Of a stretch of 32,000 nucleotides of DNA, positions 16,841 through 26,215 are shown piece by piece. A program made the translations under genes and the position numbers. Under the pieces are notes generated by a model, which was given only the letters and a program-made list of their open reading frames with translations, had not been told where the DNA came from and searched no databases. The stretch comes from Rhodobacter capsulatus SB 1003 (lineage in GTDB: Bacteria > Pseudomonadota > Alphaproteobacteria > Rhodobacterales > Rhodobacteraceae), in NCBI RefSeq assembly GCF_000021865.1, contig NC_014034.1:2640001-2672000 (forward strand). The letters are read 5' to 3'. Position 1 is the stretch's first letter. Every line of letters starts with the position of its first letter.

Positions 16841-18598
16841 TCAGGAGGTCACATCGGCCTTTCCAAGCCGGTCGGGGGGCGGGTTCCCCACCAGCGCCGC
16901 CACCTGATCGAACATCTGACCGATCCGGTCGCAGGCCGTTTGCAGCACCTGCGCGCGACGGGCGACGAAGGCCGGATCTTGCTGCAACTCCAGACATCTC
17001 TCGACCTCGAGCCGCTGCGCCGCCGCCGGTTTCGACAGCCAGTCAGCGCCCAGCAGACATTCCGCCGTCAGCCCGAAATCTTCCAGCAGACCCTCGATCT
17101 TTGCGGTATTCGACCGGAGCGCACAGACCGGCCGCCCCGCGCAAAGCGCGCCGATCATGCCGTGAAACCGCCCCGTCACCCAGGCCCGCGCCGCCATCAG
17201 ATCGGTGATCTGCAGCAGCCGCGGCCAGACCGGGCCGGAGCGGTCGGAAGCGTCCTGCCGGATCCGGCCCAGCGCCGCCCCCGGCATGGCGAAATAGGGC
17301 AGCGCACCGGCTTCGGCAAAGCGCAGCAGCGCCGCGGCGGCCTCGGGGACGACATTGTCCATCACCGCAACCGCCTGCACGGCCGCCGGAAAGCTGCCCG
17401 ACCGGGCGACCTCCCGAAAGATCGGGATCGAGGCATCCGGCGTCACCCGGGCCGGAAAATCCGGCGGCAGCGCGGCCAGGGACCGGCTGTCGCGGACATG
17501 CACGACATCGGCCAGCCGCAAGAGCGCGGCCATCGCGTCGTCATTCGCCTCCCAGACCGTGTTGAGGACCGCCACCTTCATGCCAAGGCTCTGGCCGAAC
17601 CGGCAGGCCTCCAGCAGCGCGCGGGCCCGCGGCGCGCAATGATGCAGCGTCCCTTCCCCGTTGAGGACAAGAAGCTGCGGTGGCGTCGGGCCCTGCGCCA
17701 GCAGCGCGCGCAGCCCCGCCAGATCATTGGCCCAGCCGGCCTCCTGCAGGCCGCGCGCGGCAAGATGGCTGCGAATCGAATGACAGGCGTAAAGCGTACC
17801 CAGATGGAACCCGCCGCCCAGCCGCGCGGTGTCATTGAGCAAAACATATTGCGGCGGCGGCGGCGGCGGCATCTGGCCCTGCGCCCGGGCGGGCGGGGCC
17901 GGTCTGGGCCGGATCGGCGCCACCGGCAGATGCGGCGGCCAGGTGTGGCAGGACTGGCGTCGGCCGAAGCGGGAAAACACCGTGTCCGAGGCCAGGGTGC
18001 GGCTGACAAGCTGGCGGCCGATCCGGTCGACAAGGCGGGTGTGGGTCAGCGTGCGGTCAAGCCGGTGCAGCAGATTGGCGATCATGTCGCCGACGCCGAC
18101 CATGAAACTGCTCAGCCCGTCATGCAGCTGGCGGCGCTGCCCCAAGGGCGCGGCGGGCTGGCGCACCGGCCCCTCCATCAGGCGCTCGGTCTCGAAGAGC
18201 TTGACCGTATTGACGAAAAGGGTCAGCAGGATCGCCGCCCGGGCTTCCTCGGGGTCGTCGCTCTGATCGCTGATCGTGTCGCAGGCCGAGACCAGCCAGC
18301 GGCTGTCGAGGATCTCGAGCAGCAGATCCGCATGCTCCGCCCACAGGCTGCGATAGTGCCGGTAGACCGTCTCGGTGGCGATCTTGCGGCGCAGCAGGAC
18401 GGTCATGGCGGCATGGGCGAACTTGATTTCCGGCTGGCCGACGAACTCGCGCCGCAGCAAGGCGAGATGTTCATCAAGATCGTTGCGGCGGCCGAAAAAG
18501 GGCTGATAGGGCGTCCCGTCGATCACCCGATGGCGCATCGCCTCGAAATCGGGGGTCTGCGCTGCGGTGAAATCGTCGACGTTGACGCTGGCTGGCAT
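16841..18598 (-). CDS. Two-domain protein: unknown helical N-terminal domain, Pro-rich linker, polysaccharide pyruvyl-transferase-like C-terminal domain
   Basis: The frame has consistently high GC3. The C-terminal half carries LVLNGEGTLHH, VVHVRDSRS, TPDASI and TGRFHGMIGALCAGRPVCALRSNTAKIEGLLEDFGL, which resemble PF04230 pyruvyl-transferase motifs. The start is uncertain: ATG at 18598 or TTG at 18619, neither with a good SD. Confidence 0.75.
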   Translation of the reverse strand: MPASVNVDDFTAAQTPDFEAMRHRVIDGTPYQPFFGRRNDLDEHLALLRREFVGQPEIKFAHAAMTVLLRRKIATETVYRHYRSLWAEHADLLLEILDSRWLVSACDTISDQSDDPEEARAAILLTLFVNTVKLFETERLMEGPVRQPAAPLGQRRQLHDGLSSFMVGVGDMIANLLHRLDRTLTHTRLVDRIGRQLVSRTLASDTVFSRFGRRQSCHTWPPHLPVAPIRPRPAPPARAQGQMPPPPPPQYVLLNDTARLGGGFHLGTLYACHSIRSHLAARGLQEAGWANDLAGLRALLAQGPTPPQLLVLNGEGTLHHCAPRARALLEACRFGQSLGMKVAVLNTVWEANDDAMAALLRLADVVHVRDSRSLAALPPDFPARVTPDASIPIFREVARSGSFPAAVQAVAVMDNVVPEAAAALLRFAEAGALPYFAMPGAALGRIRQDASDRSGPVWPRLLQITDLMAARAWVTGRFHGMIGALCAGRPVCALRSNTAKIEGLLEDFGLTAECLLGADWLSKPAAAQRLEVERCLELQQDPAFVARRAQVLQTACDRIGQMFDQVAALVGNPPPDRLGKADVTS

Positions 18599-18718
18599 GG
18601 GGCGGACCTGGCTTGTCAAAGGCCGGAGGACGACCGGCAGATCATCGGGCAGAGGCAGCCCCTGCCGGTGTCACGGTGCGGGGCCCGCGTCCCGAAGGGG
18701 GCGGCCCCTGCATGCGAC

Positions 18719-18736
18719 GGGGGGCCGAAGCCCCCC
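18719..18736. repeat. Solitary G6C-N4-GC6 hairpin (same type as in the REP-like elements)
   Basis: GGGGGGC-CGAA-GCCCCCC read directly, lying between ppaC and the downstream gene. Confidence 0.6.
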
Positions 18737-18769
18737 GCCAGCGATCCTTTGCCCGAAGCGACGCTTCGA

Positions 18770-19690
18770 TCAGACCTTCAGCGCCGGGATGATCTGTTTC
18801 TTGCGGCTCATGATGCCCGGCAGAACCACGGTGTCGCCGGTCACGCTGCAGGGGAAGCTGGCTTCCGCGATGCGCTTGACGAAATCGTTCGGCACCAGCA
18901 GCGTCGCCTCTTCCTTCAGGATGTCGACGACGAACAGAAGCACCTGATCGGCGCCGTCTTCTTTCGCCACATCGACCATCGAGGCCATGAGGCTGTCCTT
19001 GCGGTCCAGGATCAGCTTCGGCGCGGTGGTTTCCAGCACCGAGACGCGCAGCTCCTTGCCGTCGACGGTGTATTCCTTGCTGTCCATGCGCAGAAGTTCG
19101 GCATCCGAGAACTCGGACACGTCCGATTTCGCCTCGAACATCGCGGTGGCGAGTTCGGCGATGTTCACGCCCAGATCGGCGGCCAGTTTCTCGCAGACGG
19201 CCTTGTCATGCGCGGTGGTGGTCGGGCTGCGGAATTCGAGCGTGTCGGAGAGGATGCACGAGAGCATCGCGCCCTTGATGCCGCGCGGCGCCGTTGCCAC
19301 GGCCTCGCCCATCAGGTCGAACATGATCGTCGCGGTGCAGGCCAGCGGACGGATGGTGATGTCGATCGGGCCCTTGGTTTCCAGACCGCCGACCAGCTTG
19401 TGGTGGTCGATGATGGCCAGGATGTCGGCCTTGTTGATGCCCTCGGGCAGCTCGGCCGGGTTGTTCGTGTCGACGATGACGACCTTTTCACCGGCTTCGA
19501 CGCCCGCGATGATTTCCGGCTTCGGCAGGTCCCAGTGTTTCAGCACGAAAGCCGCTTCGGTGTTGGGCTCGCCCAGCAGCACCGGTTTCGCGGGCTGGCC
19601 CAGCACCTCGGTCATGTACCAGGCCCAGATGATGGGCGAGCCGGTCGAGTCGGTGTCGGGGGATTTGTGGCCGAAAACCTTGGTGGTCAT
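18770..19690 (-). CDS. ppaC: Family II (Mn-dependent, DHH-DHHA2) inorganic pyrophosphatase
   Basis: MTTKVFGHKSPDTDSTGSPI (DHH motif I), IVDTNNP, IIDHHKL (DHH), and a DHHA2-type C-terminal half ending ..SRKKQIIPAL. 306 aa. GAGGA lies upstream of the ATG at 19690. Confidence 0.9.
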   Translation of the reverse strand: MTTKVFGHKSPDTDSTGSPIIWAWYMTEVLGQPAKPVLLGEPNTEAAFVLKHWDLPKPEIIAGVEAGEKVVIVDTNNPAELPEGINKADILAIIDHHKLVGGLETKGPIDITIRPLACTATIMFDLMGEAVATAPRGIKGAMLSCILSDTLEFRSPTTTAHDKAVCEKLAADLGVNIAELATAMFEAKSDVSEFSDAELLRMDSKEYTVDGKELRVSVLETTAPKLILDRKDSLMASMVDVAKEDGADQVLLFVVDILKEEATLLVPNDFVKRIAEASFPCSVTGDTVVLPGIMSRKKQIIPALKV

Positions 19691-19833
19691 GCGTTCCTCG
19701 GAAGGTTTGATGGGGATTTTGGCGCCTTATAGGGCTTTGCCCCCCGCTTGTCACGCTTTGCGCAACCGATTTCGCACCCGCAGCATCACGCGCGCGTGAT
19801 CGGCGCCCGTGCAAATTTTTCCGCCCCCGGGTG

Positions 19834-19862
19834 TTGACAGGCCGGGGGGGCGATGACTAACT
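19834..19862 (+). promoter_or_regulatory. Candidate groESL promoter (-35 TTGACA; poor -10)
   Basis: TTGACA at 19834-19839 sits just upstream of the CIRCE element. Candidate -10 hexamers 15-18 nt downstream (GACTAA/CTAACT) match TATAAT poorly. Confidence 0.3.
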
Positions 19863-19871
19863 CCCCTGCCG

Positions 19872-19898
19872 TTAGCACTCGCTACCCGTGAGTGCTGA
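19872..19898 (+). promoter_or_regulatory. CIRCE operator (HrcA binding site)
   Basis: TTAGCACTC-GCTACCCGT-GAGTGCTGA versus consensus TTAGCACTC-N9-GAGTGCTAA (one mismatch), positioned 35 nt upstream of groES. Confidence 0.9.
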
Positions 19899-19932
19899 AA
19901 GCATGAACCTGGAACCTTAGGGAGTGACCCAG

Positions 19933-20220
19933 ATGGCATTCAAACCGCTGCATGACCGCGTGCTGGTCAAACGCGTTCAAAGCGAAGAAAAAACCAAGGG
20001 CGGCCTGATCATCCCCGATACGGCGAAGGAAAAACCGGCCGAGGGCGAAGTTGTCGCCGTGGGCGCGGGTGCGCGCAAGGATTCGGGCGAGCTGATCGCC
20101 CCCGCCGTCGCCGTGGGCGACCGCATCCTGTTCGGCAAATGGTCGGGCACCGAAGTGACGCTTGATGGCGTCGAAATGCTGATCATGAAAGAGTCGGACA
20201 TCATGGGGATCATCTCGTAA
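19933..20220 (+). CDS. groES: Co-chaperonin GroES
   Basis: [40 protein letters not shown]..., 95 aa. The ATG is at 19933; the track start at 19924 is a GTG three codons upstream. Confidence 0.97.
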   Translation: MAFKPLHDRVLVKRVQSEEKTKGGLIIPDTAKEKPAEGEVVAVGAGARKDSGELIAPAVAVGDRILFGKWSGTEVTLDGVEMLIMKESDIMGIIS

Positions 20221-20238
20221 TCCACGAGAAGACCCTGA

Positions 20239-21906
<1,668 letters not shown>

Positions 21907-21930
21907 TCTTCCCTGCCGGGGAAGATCGAA

Positions 21931-21955
21931 GGGCGCCCGCAAGGGCGCCCTTTTT
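21931..21955 (+). terminator. Rho-independent terminator of groESL
   Basis: GGGCGCCC-GCAA-GGGCGCCC followed by TTTTT. Confidence 0.85.
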
Positions 21956-21972
21956 CGTTGCGGATCAAGCGG

Positions 21973-22386
21973 TTATTGCTGCATGCCCTTGATGTATTCC
22001 ATCAGCCGCACCAGCCGCGCCGGGGTCGGCGTCGCGATGCCGTCGCCACTGTCGTAAAGCACCACCGGCCCGTCCAGCATCGGCTCGAAGGACGGCATCT
22101 CGCCCGCCTGCGCCCCGATCATCTCGCCATGTTCGCGGTGGCCGACGATCTTCGACATCACCCGCGCCTCGGGAAAGCGGCCGTCGTTCATCATCGTCAG
22201 ATCAGCCAGCGAGACCGGATGCAGCTTCAGCTCCTGCGCGATCGGGCCGGGATCGCCGCCGGTGCCATGGCAGCCCGCGCAGTAATCGGCATAGTCCCTT
22301 GCGGGCGAGGGCGCCGTCAGATCGACCGCCCCCATGCAGGCCGCCAGCCCCATCGCCCCGCCAAAGCAAATCAGAATCGCACGCAT
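21973..22386 (-). CDS. Small c-type cytochrome, probable lipoprotein
   Basis: MRAILICFGGAMGLAAC contains a lipobox, and there is a single CAGCH heme-binding motif. The ATG at 22386 is preceded by GGGAGG. The track ORF extends to 22497. Confidence 0.75.
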   Translation of the reverse strand: MRAILICFGGAMGLAACMGAVDLTAPSPARDYADYCAGCHGTGGDPGPIAQELKLHPVSLADLTMMNDGRFPEARVMSKIVGHREHGEMIGAQAGEMPSFEPMLDGPVVLYDSGDGIATPTPARLVRLMEYIKGMQQ

Positions 22387-22459
22387 CGCACACCTCCCTT
22401 TGCGCCCAGCAAAGCACGGGGTCGCCCCCCGCGCCCTGATGCAGCGCAAATGGCGGGCC

Positions 22460-25312
22460 TCAATGCGCCTCGGCCCAGCTCGCCCCCTGCCCCGCATCGA
22501 CGACGAGCGGCACCGAAAGCCGCACCGCCGGATCGGCCGCCCCCTCCATCACCGCCCGCGCCGTGGCGATCAGCGGATCGACGGCGCTTTCCGCAACTTC
22601 AAAGATCAATTCGTCATGCACCTGCAGCAGCATCTTCGCGGGCAGATGCGCGATGGCGGCGGGCATGCGGATCATCGCGCGGCGGATGATATCGGCCGCC
22701 GCCCCCTGGATCGGCGCGTTGATCGCGGCGCGTTTGGCAAAGCCCGCGCCCGGCCCCTTGGCGTTGATTTCGGGCGTGTGGATCTTGCGGCCGAAAAGCG
22801 TCTGCACGAAGCCGTTCGCCTTCGCGAAGGCCACGGTTTCGTCCATATAGGCGCGGATGCCCGGGAAGCGCTCGAAATAGCGATCGATGAAGCCCTGCGC
22901 CTCACTTCGCGGAATGCGCAGGTTGCGCGCCAGGCCGAAGCCGGAAATCCCGTAGATCACGCCGAAGTTGATCGCCTTGGCGCGGCGGCGCACCATCGGG
23001 TCCATCCCCTCGACCGGCACGCCGAACATTTCCGACGCCGTCATCGCGTGAATGTCGATGCCACGGGCGAAGGCCGCCTTCATCTCGGGCAGATTCGCGA
23101 CATGGGCAAGGATGCGCAACTCGATCTGGCTGTAGTCGAGCGAGACGATGCGATGCCCCGGCGTCGCCACGAAAGCCTCGCGGATGCGGCGGCCCTCGTC
23201 GGAGCGCACGGGGATGTTTTGCAGGTTCGGATCGGTCGAGGCGAGCCGCCCGGTGTTCGCCCCCGCGATACTGTAAGAGGTATGCACCCGGCCGGTGTCG
23301 GGGTTCACATGCGTCTGCAGCGCATCGGTGTAGGTCGATTTCAGCTTGGCGATCTGGCGCCAGTCGAGCACCTTGGCCGCCAGGTCAGCCGCCTGCTTGT
23401 GATCCTCCATCGTGGTGATGTCTTCAAGCACATCGGCCCCGGTCGCATAAGCCCCGGTCTTGCCCTTTTCACCGCCCGGCACGCCCAGCTTGTCAAACAG
23501 GATCTCGCCCAGCTGCTTGGGGCTGCCCACGTTGAAGCTTTGCCCCGCAAGGGCCTGGATTTCCTCCTCAAGCCCCGCCATGCGCTGCGCAAAGACATTC
23601 GACATCCGGGCCAGAACCGTGGGATCGACCTTGACCCCCGCCATTTCCATTTCCGCCAGAACCGGCACCAGCGGCCGCTCCAGCGTCTCGTAAACCGTGG
23701 TCACCTGCGCCCGGTGCAGCTGCGGCTTGAAGGCGGCCCAAAGCCGGTAGGTGATCTCGGCATCCTCGGCCGCGTAGGCTGTGGCCTTGTCGAGCGGCAC
23801 CTTGTCAAAGGTGATCTGCGCCTTGCCGGTGCCGATCAGCTCCTTGATCGGAATCGGCCGGTGGCGCAGATATTCCTCGGACAAAGCGTCCATGCCATGC
23901 CCGTGCAGGCCCGAGAACATCGCGTAAGACATCAGCATCGTATCGTCGAAGGGCGCCACGCGGATGCCGTGCCGGGCGAAGATCTTCCAGTCGTATTTCA
24001 TGTTCTGGCCGATCTTCAGGAGGCTTTCATCTTCCAGAACCGGCTTCAGGATCGCCAGCGCTTCATCCATCGGCATCTGCCCCGGGGCCAGCGCGGTGGT
24101 GCCGAAAAGATCGTCGCCTCCCGTCGTGTGCCCCAGCGGAATGTAGCAAGCCCGCCCCGGCCCGGTTGACAGGGACACCCCCACCAGCTCGGCCTGCATC
24201 TCATCGAGCGAGGTGGTCTCGGTATCGACGGCCAGCACCCCGGTCGCCTGCGCCGTGGCCAGAAAGTCGCGCAGCGCCGCGGGATCGGTGATGCGCTGAT
24301 AAAGGGCGGTGTCGATCGGCGCCACCGCCTCGGCCTGCGGGGCAAGGCGGGCCTGCGGCGCCGCCCCCTCGGCCCAGCGCGCGGCGGCGTCGGATTTGGG
24401 CGCAGGTGCCCCCACCGGCACCTCGCGGCCGAATTTCTCGGCGACGCGTCTGGTCAGGGTGCGAAACTCCATCGCCTCCAGAAAGGCGATCAGCGCCTCG
24501 GGCTCGGGCTCCTTCACCGCAAGACTGTCCAGCCCGAAGTCGAGCGGCACATGGTCTTCCAGCGTCACCAGCCGCTTCGAGATCCGGATCTGATCAGCGA
24601 AATTCACCAGCGTCTCGCGGCGCTTCGGTTGCTTGATCTCGCCCGCCCGTTCCAGCAGCGTTTCCAGATCGCCATAATCCGCAATGAGTTGCGCGGCGGT
24701 CTTGATGCCGATGCCCGGGGCCCCCGGAACGTTGTCGACGGAATCCCCCGCCAGAGCCTGCACGTCGATCACCCGGTTCGGACGCACGCCGAATTTCGCC
24801 TCGACCTCCTCGGGGCCGATGACGATGTTCTTCATCGCATCCAGCATCACCACGCCATCGCCCACCAGCTGCATCAGATCCTTGTCCGAGGAAATGATGG
24901 TGACGCGCCCGCCCGCCTCGCGCGCCTGTCGGGCAAGGGTGGCGATGATGTCATCGGCCTCATAGCCCTCGATCTCCAGACAGGCGAGGTTGAAGGCGCG
25001 GGTGGCGTCCCGCGTCAGCGGAAACTGCGGCCGCAGATCCTCGGGCGCGGGGGGGCGGTTTTCCTTGTAGGCGGGATAGATCTCGTTGCGGAAGGTCTTG
25101 GAGCTGTAATCGAAAATCACCGCCGCATGGGTGGGCGCATCGGCGCCCTTGGCGTCTTCGATGTAGCGGAAGATCATGTTGGTGAAGCCCGCGACGGCGC
25201 CGACGGGCAGGCCGTCGGATTTGCGCGTCAGGGGCGGCAGCGCGTGATAGGCGCGGAAGATGAAGGCCGAGCCGTCGATCAGATGCAGATGGCAGCCCTT
25301 GGTGAAACTCAT
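22460..25312 (-). CDS. polA: DNA polymerase I
   Basis: MSFTKGCHLHLIDGSAFIFRAYHALPPL is the 5'-3' exonuclease domain. The 3'-5' exonuclease (VDTETTSLD) and polymerase motifs (DYSQIELR, RRRAKAINFGVIYG, LLQVHDEL) are present. The ATG at 25312 follows GGGAGG. The track start at 25456 is an upstream extension. Confidence 0.97.
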   Translation of the reverse strand: MSFTKGCHLHLIDGSAFIFRAYHALPPLTRKSDGLPVGAVAGFTNMIFRYIEDAKGADAPTHAAVIFDYSSKTFRNEIYPAYKENRPPAPEDLRPQFPLTRDATRAFNLACLEIEGYEADDIIATLARQAREAGGRVTIISSDKDLMQLVGDGVVMLDAMKNIVIGPEEVEAKFGVRPNRVIDVQALAGDSVDNVPGAPGIGIKTAAQLIADYGDLETLLERAGEIKQPKRRETLVNFADQIRISKRLVTLEDHVPLDFGLDSLAVKEPEPEALIAFLEAMEFRTLTRRVAEKFGREVPVGAPAPKSDAAARWAEGAAPQARLAPQAEAVAPIDTALYQRITDPAALRDFLATAQATGVLAVDTETTSLDEMQAELVGVSLSTGPGRACYIPLGHTTGGDDLFGTTALAPGQMPMDEALAILKPVLEDESLLKIGQNMKYDWKIFARHGIRVAPFDDTMLMSYAMFSGLHGHGMDALSEEYLRHRPIPIKELIGTGKAQITFDKVPLDKATAYAAEDAEITYRLWAAFKPQLHRAQVTTVYETLERPLVPVLAEMEMAGVKVDPTVLARMSNVFAQRMAGLEEEIQALAGQSFNVGSPKQLGEILFDKLGVPGGEKGKTGAYATGADVLEDITTMEDHKQAADLAAKVLDWRQIAKLKSTYTDALQTHVNPDTGRVHTSYSIAGANTGRLASTDPNLQNIPVRSDEGRRIREAFVATPGHRIVSLDYSQIELRILAHVANLPEMKAAFARGIDIHAMTASEMFGVPVEGMDPMVRRRAKAINFGVIYGISGFGLARNLRIPRSEAQGFIDRYFERFPGIRAYMDETVAFAKANGFVQTLFGRKIHTPEINAKGPGAGFAKRAAINAPIQGAAADIIRRAMIRMPAAIAHLPAKMLLQVHDELIFEVAESAVDPLIATARAVMEGAADPAVRLSVPLVVDAGQGASWAEAH

Positions 25313-25356
25313 GTGCGCCTCCCTTTTGCTTCGTTGTGCCACAGCCCCCCGCAAAC

Positions 25357-25383
25357 GAAAAGGCGGCCGCAGGGCCGCCTTTG
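25357..25383 (-). terminator. Terminator after the zf-CHCC gene, upstream of polA
   Basis: On the minus strand, GGCGGCC-CTGC-GGCCGCC is followed by TTTTCGTTTG. Confidence 0.6.
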
Positions 25384-25404
25384 CATCGCCGCGGGGGCCG
25401 GGCG

Positions 25405-25587
25405 TCAGTGGTCTTCGACGGCGTTGGCGCGGTCGATGATGAATTTCTTGCCGCAATAGGGGCAGCAGATCTCGCCGCTCTCGCGCGGGATGGTCAGCCA
25501 GACCTTGGGATGGCCCAAAGCGCCTTCACCGCCGTCGCAGGCACCTTTCCAATGGGTGACGACCTTGATTTCGGGGGCGTTCGGCAT
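25405..25587 (-). CDS. Small zinc-finger protein (zf-CHCC, NDUFS6 C-terminal-like), 60 aa
   Basis: [50 protein letters not shown] carries the C..H...CxxC pattern. AGGAG lies upstream of the ATG at 25587. Confidence 0.75.
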   Translation of the reverse strand: MPNAPEIKVVTHWKGACDGGEGALGHPKVWLTIPRESGEICCPYCGKKFIIDRANAVEDH

Positions 25588-25686
25588 GGCTGGCTCCTGA
25601 GCGAGGCAAATGGGTCGGGCGGAGTTATGCGAAATAACGCCGCAGCACGCAAGCGTTCCGCGCGGGCCGCCGCCCGAAGCAAGGCC

Positions 25687-25796
25687 GGGGGCTTTGCCCC
25701 CCACAACGTTAAGGACGGGGGGCTTCGCCCCCCGGGCCCCCCAGCGTATTTGGGCCAAGAAAAAGCCGATGCCGTTTCTTCTTGGCCCAAATACGC
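25687..25796. repeat. REP-like composite intergenic element, copy 2
   Basis: GGGGGC-TTT-GCCCCC (25687-25701) and AAGGAC+GGGGGGC-TTC-GCCCCCC (25711-25733). An 18-bp perfect inverted repeat follows: GCGTATTTGGGCCAAGAA (25744-25761) / TTCTTGGCCCAAATACGC (25779-25796). Confidence 0.7.
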
Positions 25797-25823
25797 CCTT
25801 TCGCGGGCGGGACCGGGAGTGCC

Positions 25824-26204
25824 TCAGTCAGTGCAGATCATCGGGCCGATGCAGCGCCCGGCCAGGATGTGGAGGTGGAAATGCGGCACTTCCTGCACGC
25901 CGTTTTCGCCCGCATTGGTGATGGCGCGGAAGCCCTTGCCCCCGGAATGGGCCTCGGCGCCGATCAGCTTCACCACCGCGGCGACGGCGCGGGTGAAATC
26001 GACGATCTCGGCCTCGGAGGCTTCGGCGCAGAAATGGTCATAGGTGACGTAAGCGCCCTTGGGGATCACCAGCACATGATCGGGCGCTTTCGGCGCGATG
26101 TCGCGGAAGGCCAGCGTGTGCTCCGTCTCCAGAACCGTGCGGTTGGGGATTTCGCCGCGCAGGATGCGGGCGAAGATGTTCGTGGTGTCATAGACATAGG
26201 CCAA
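25824..26204 (-). CDS. HIT-family (histidine triad) nucleotide hydrolase/transferase
   Basis: (M)[19 protein letters not shown]...[15 protein letters not shown]...HFHLHIL (histidine triad). Probable TTG start at 26204, 6 nt after AGGAGA, which overlaps the stop of the upstream gene. In the track it appears only as the tail of a 590-aa ORF. Confidence 0.85.
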   Translation of the reverse strand: MAYVYDTTNIFARILRGEIPNRTVLETEHTLAFRDIAPKAPDHVLVIPKGAYVTYDHFCAEASEAEIVDFTRAVAAVVKLIGAEAHSGGKGFRAITNAGENGVQEVPHFHLHILAGRCIGPMICTD

Positions 26205-26215
26205 GGGCGTTCTCC

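Noticed and set aside
16616-19732. 1038-aa plus-strand ORF spanning two minus-strand genes
   Set aside because: It runs antisense through both the pyruvyl-transferase-like gene and ppaC, including their intergenic region. It has no motifs and is Arg/Gly/Ala-rich.
22334-24169. 611-aa plus-strand ORF opposite polA and the cytochrome c gene
   Set aside because: It is antisense to polA and has no recognisable motifs.
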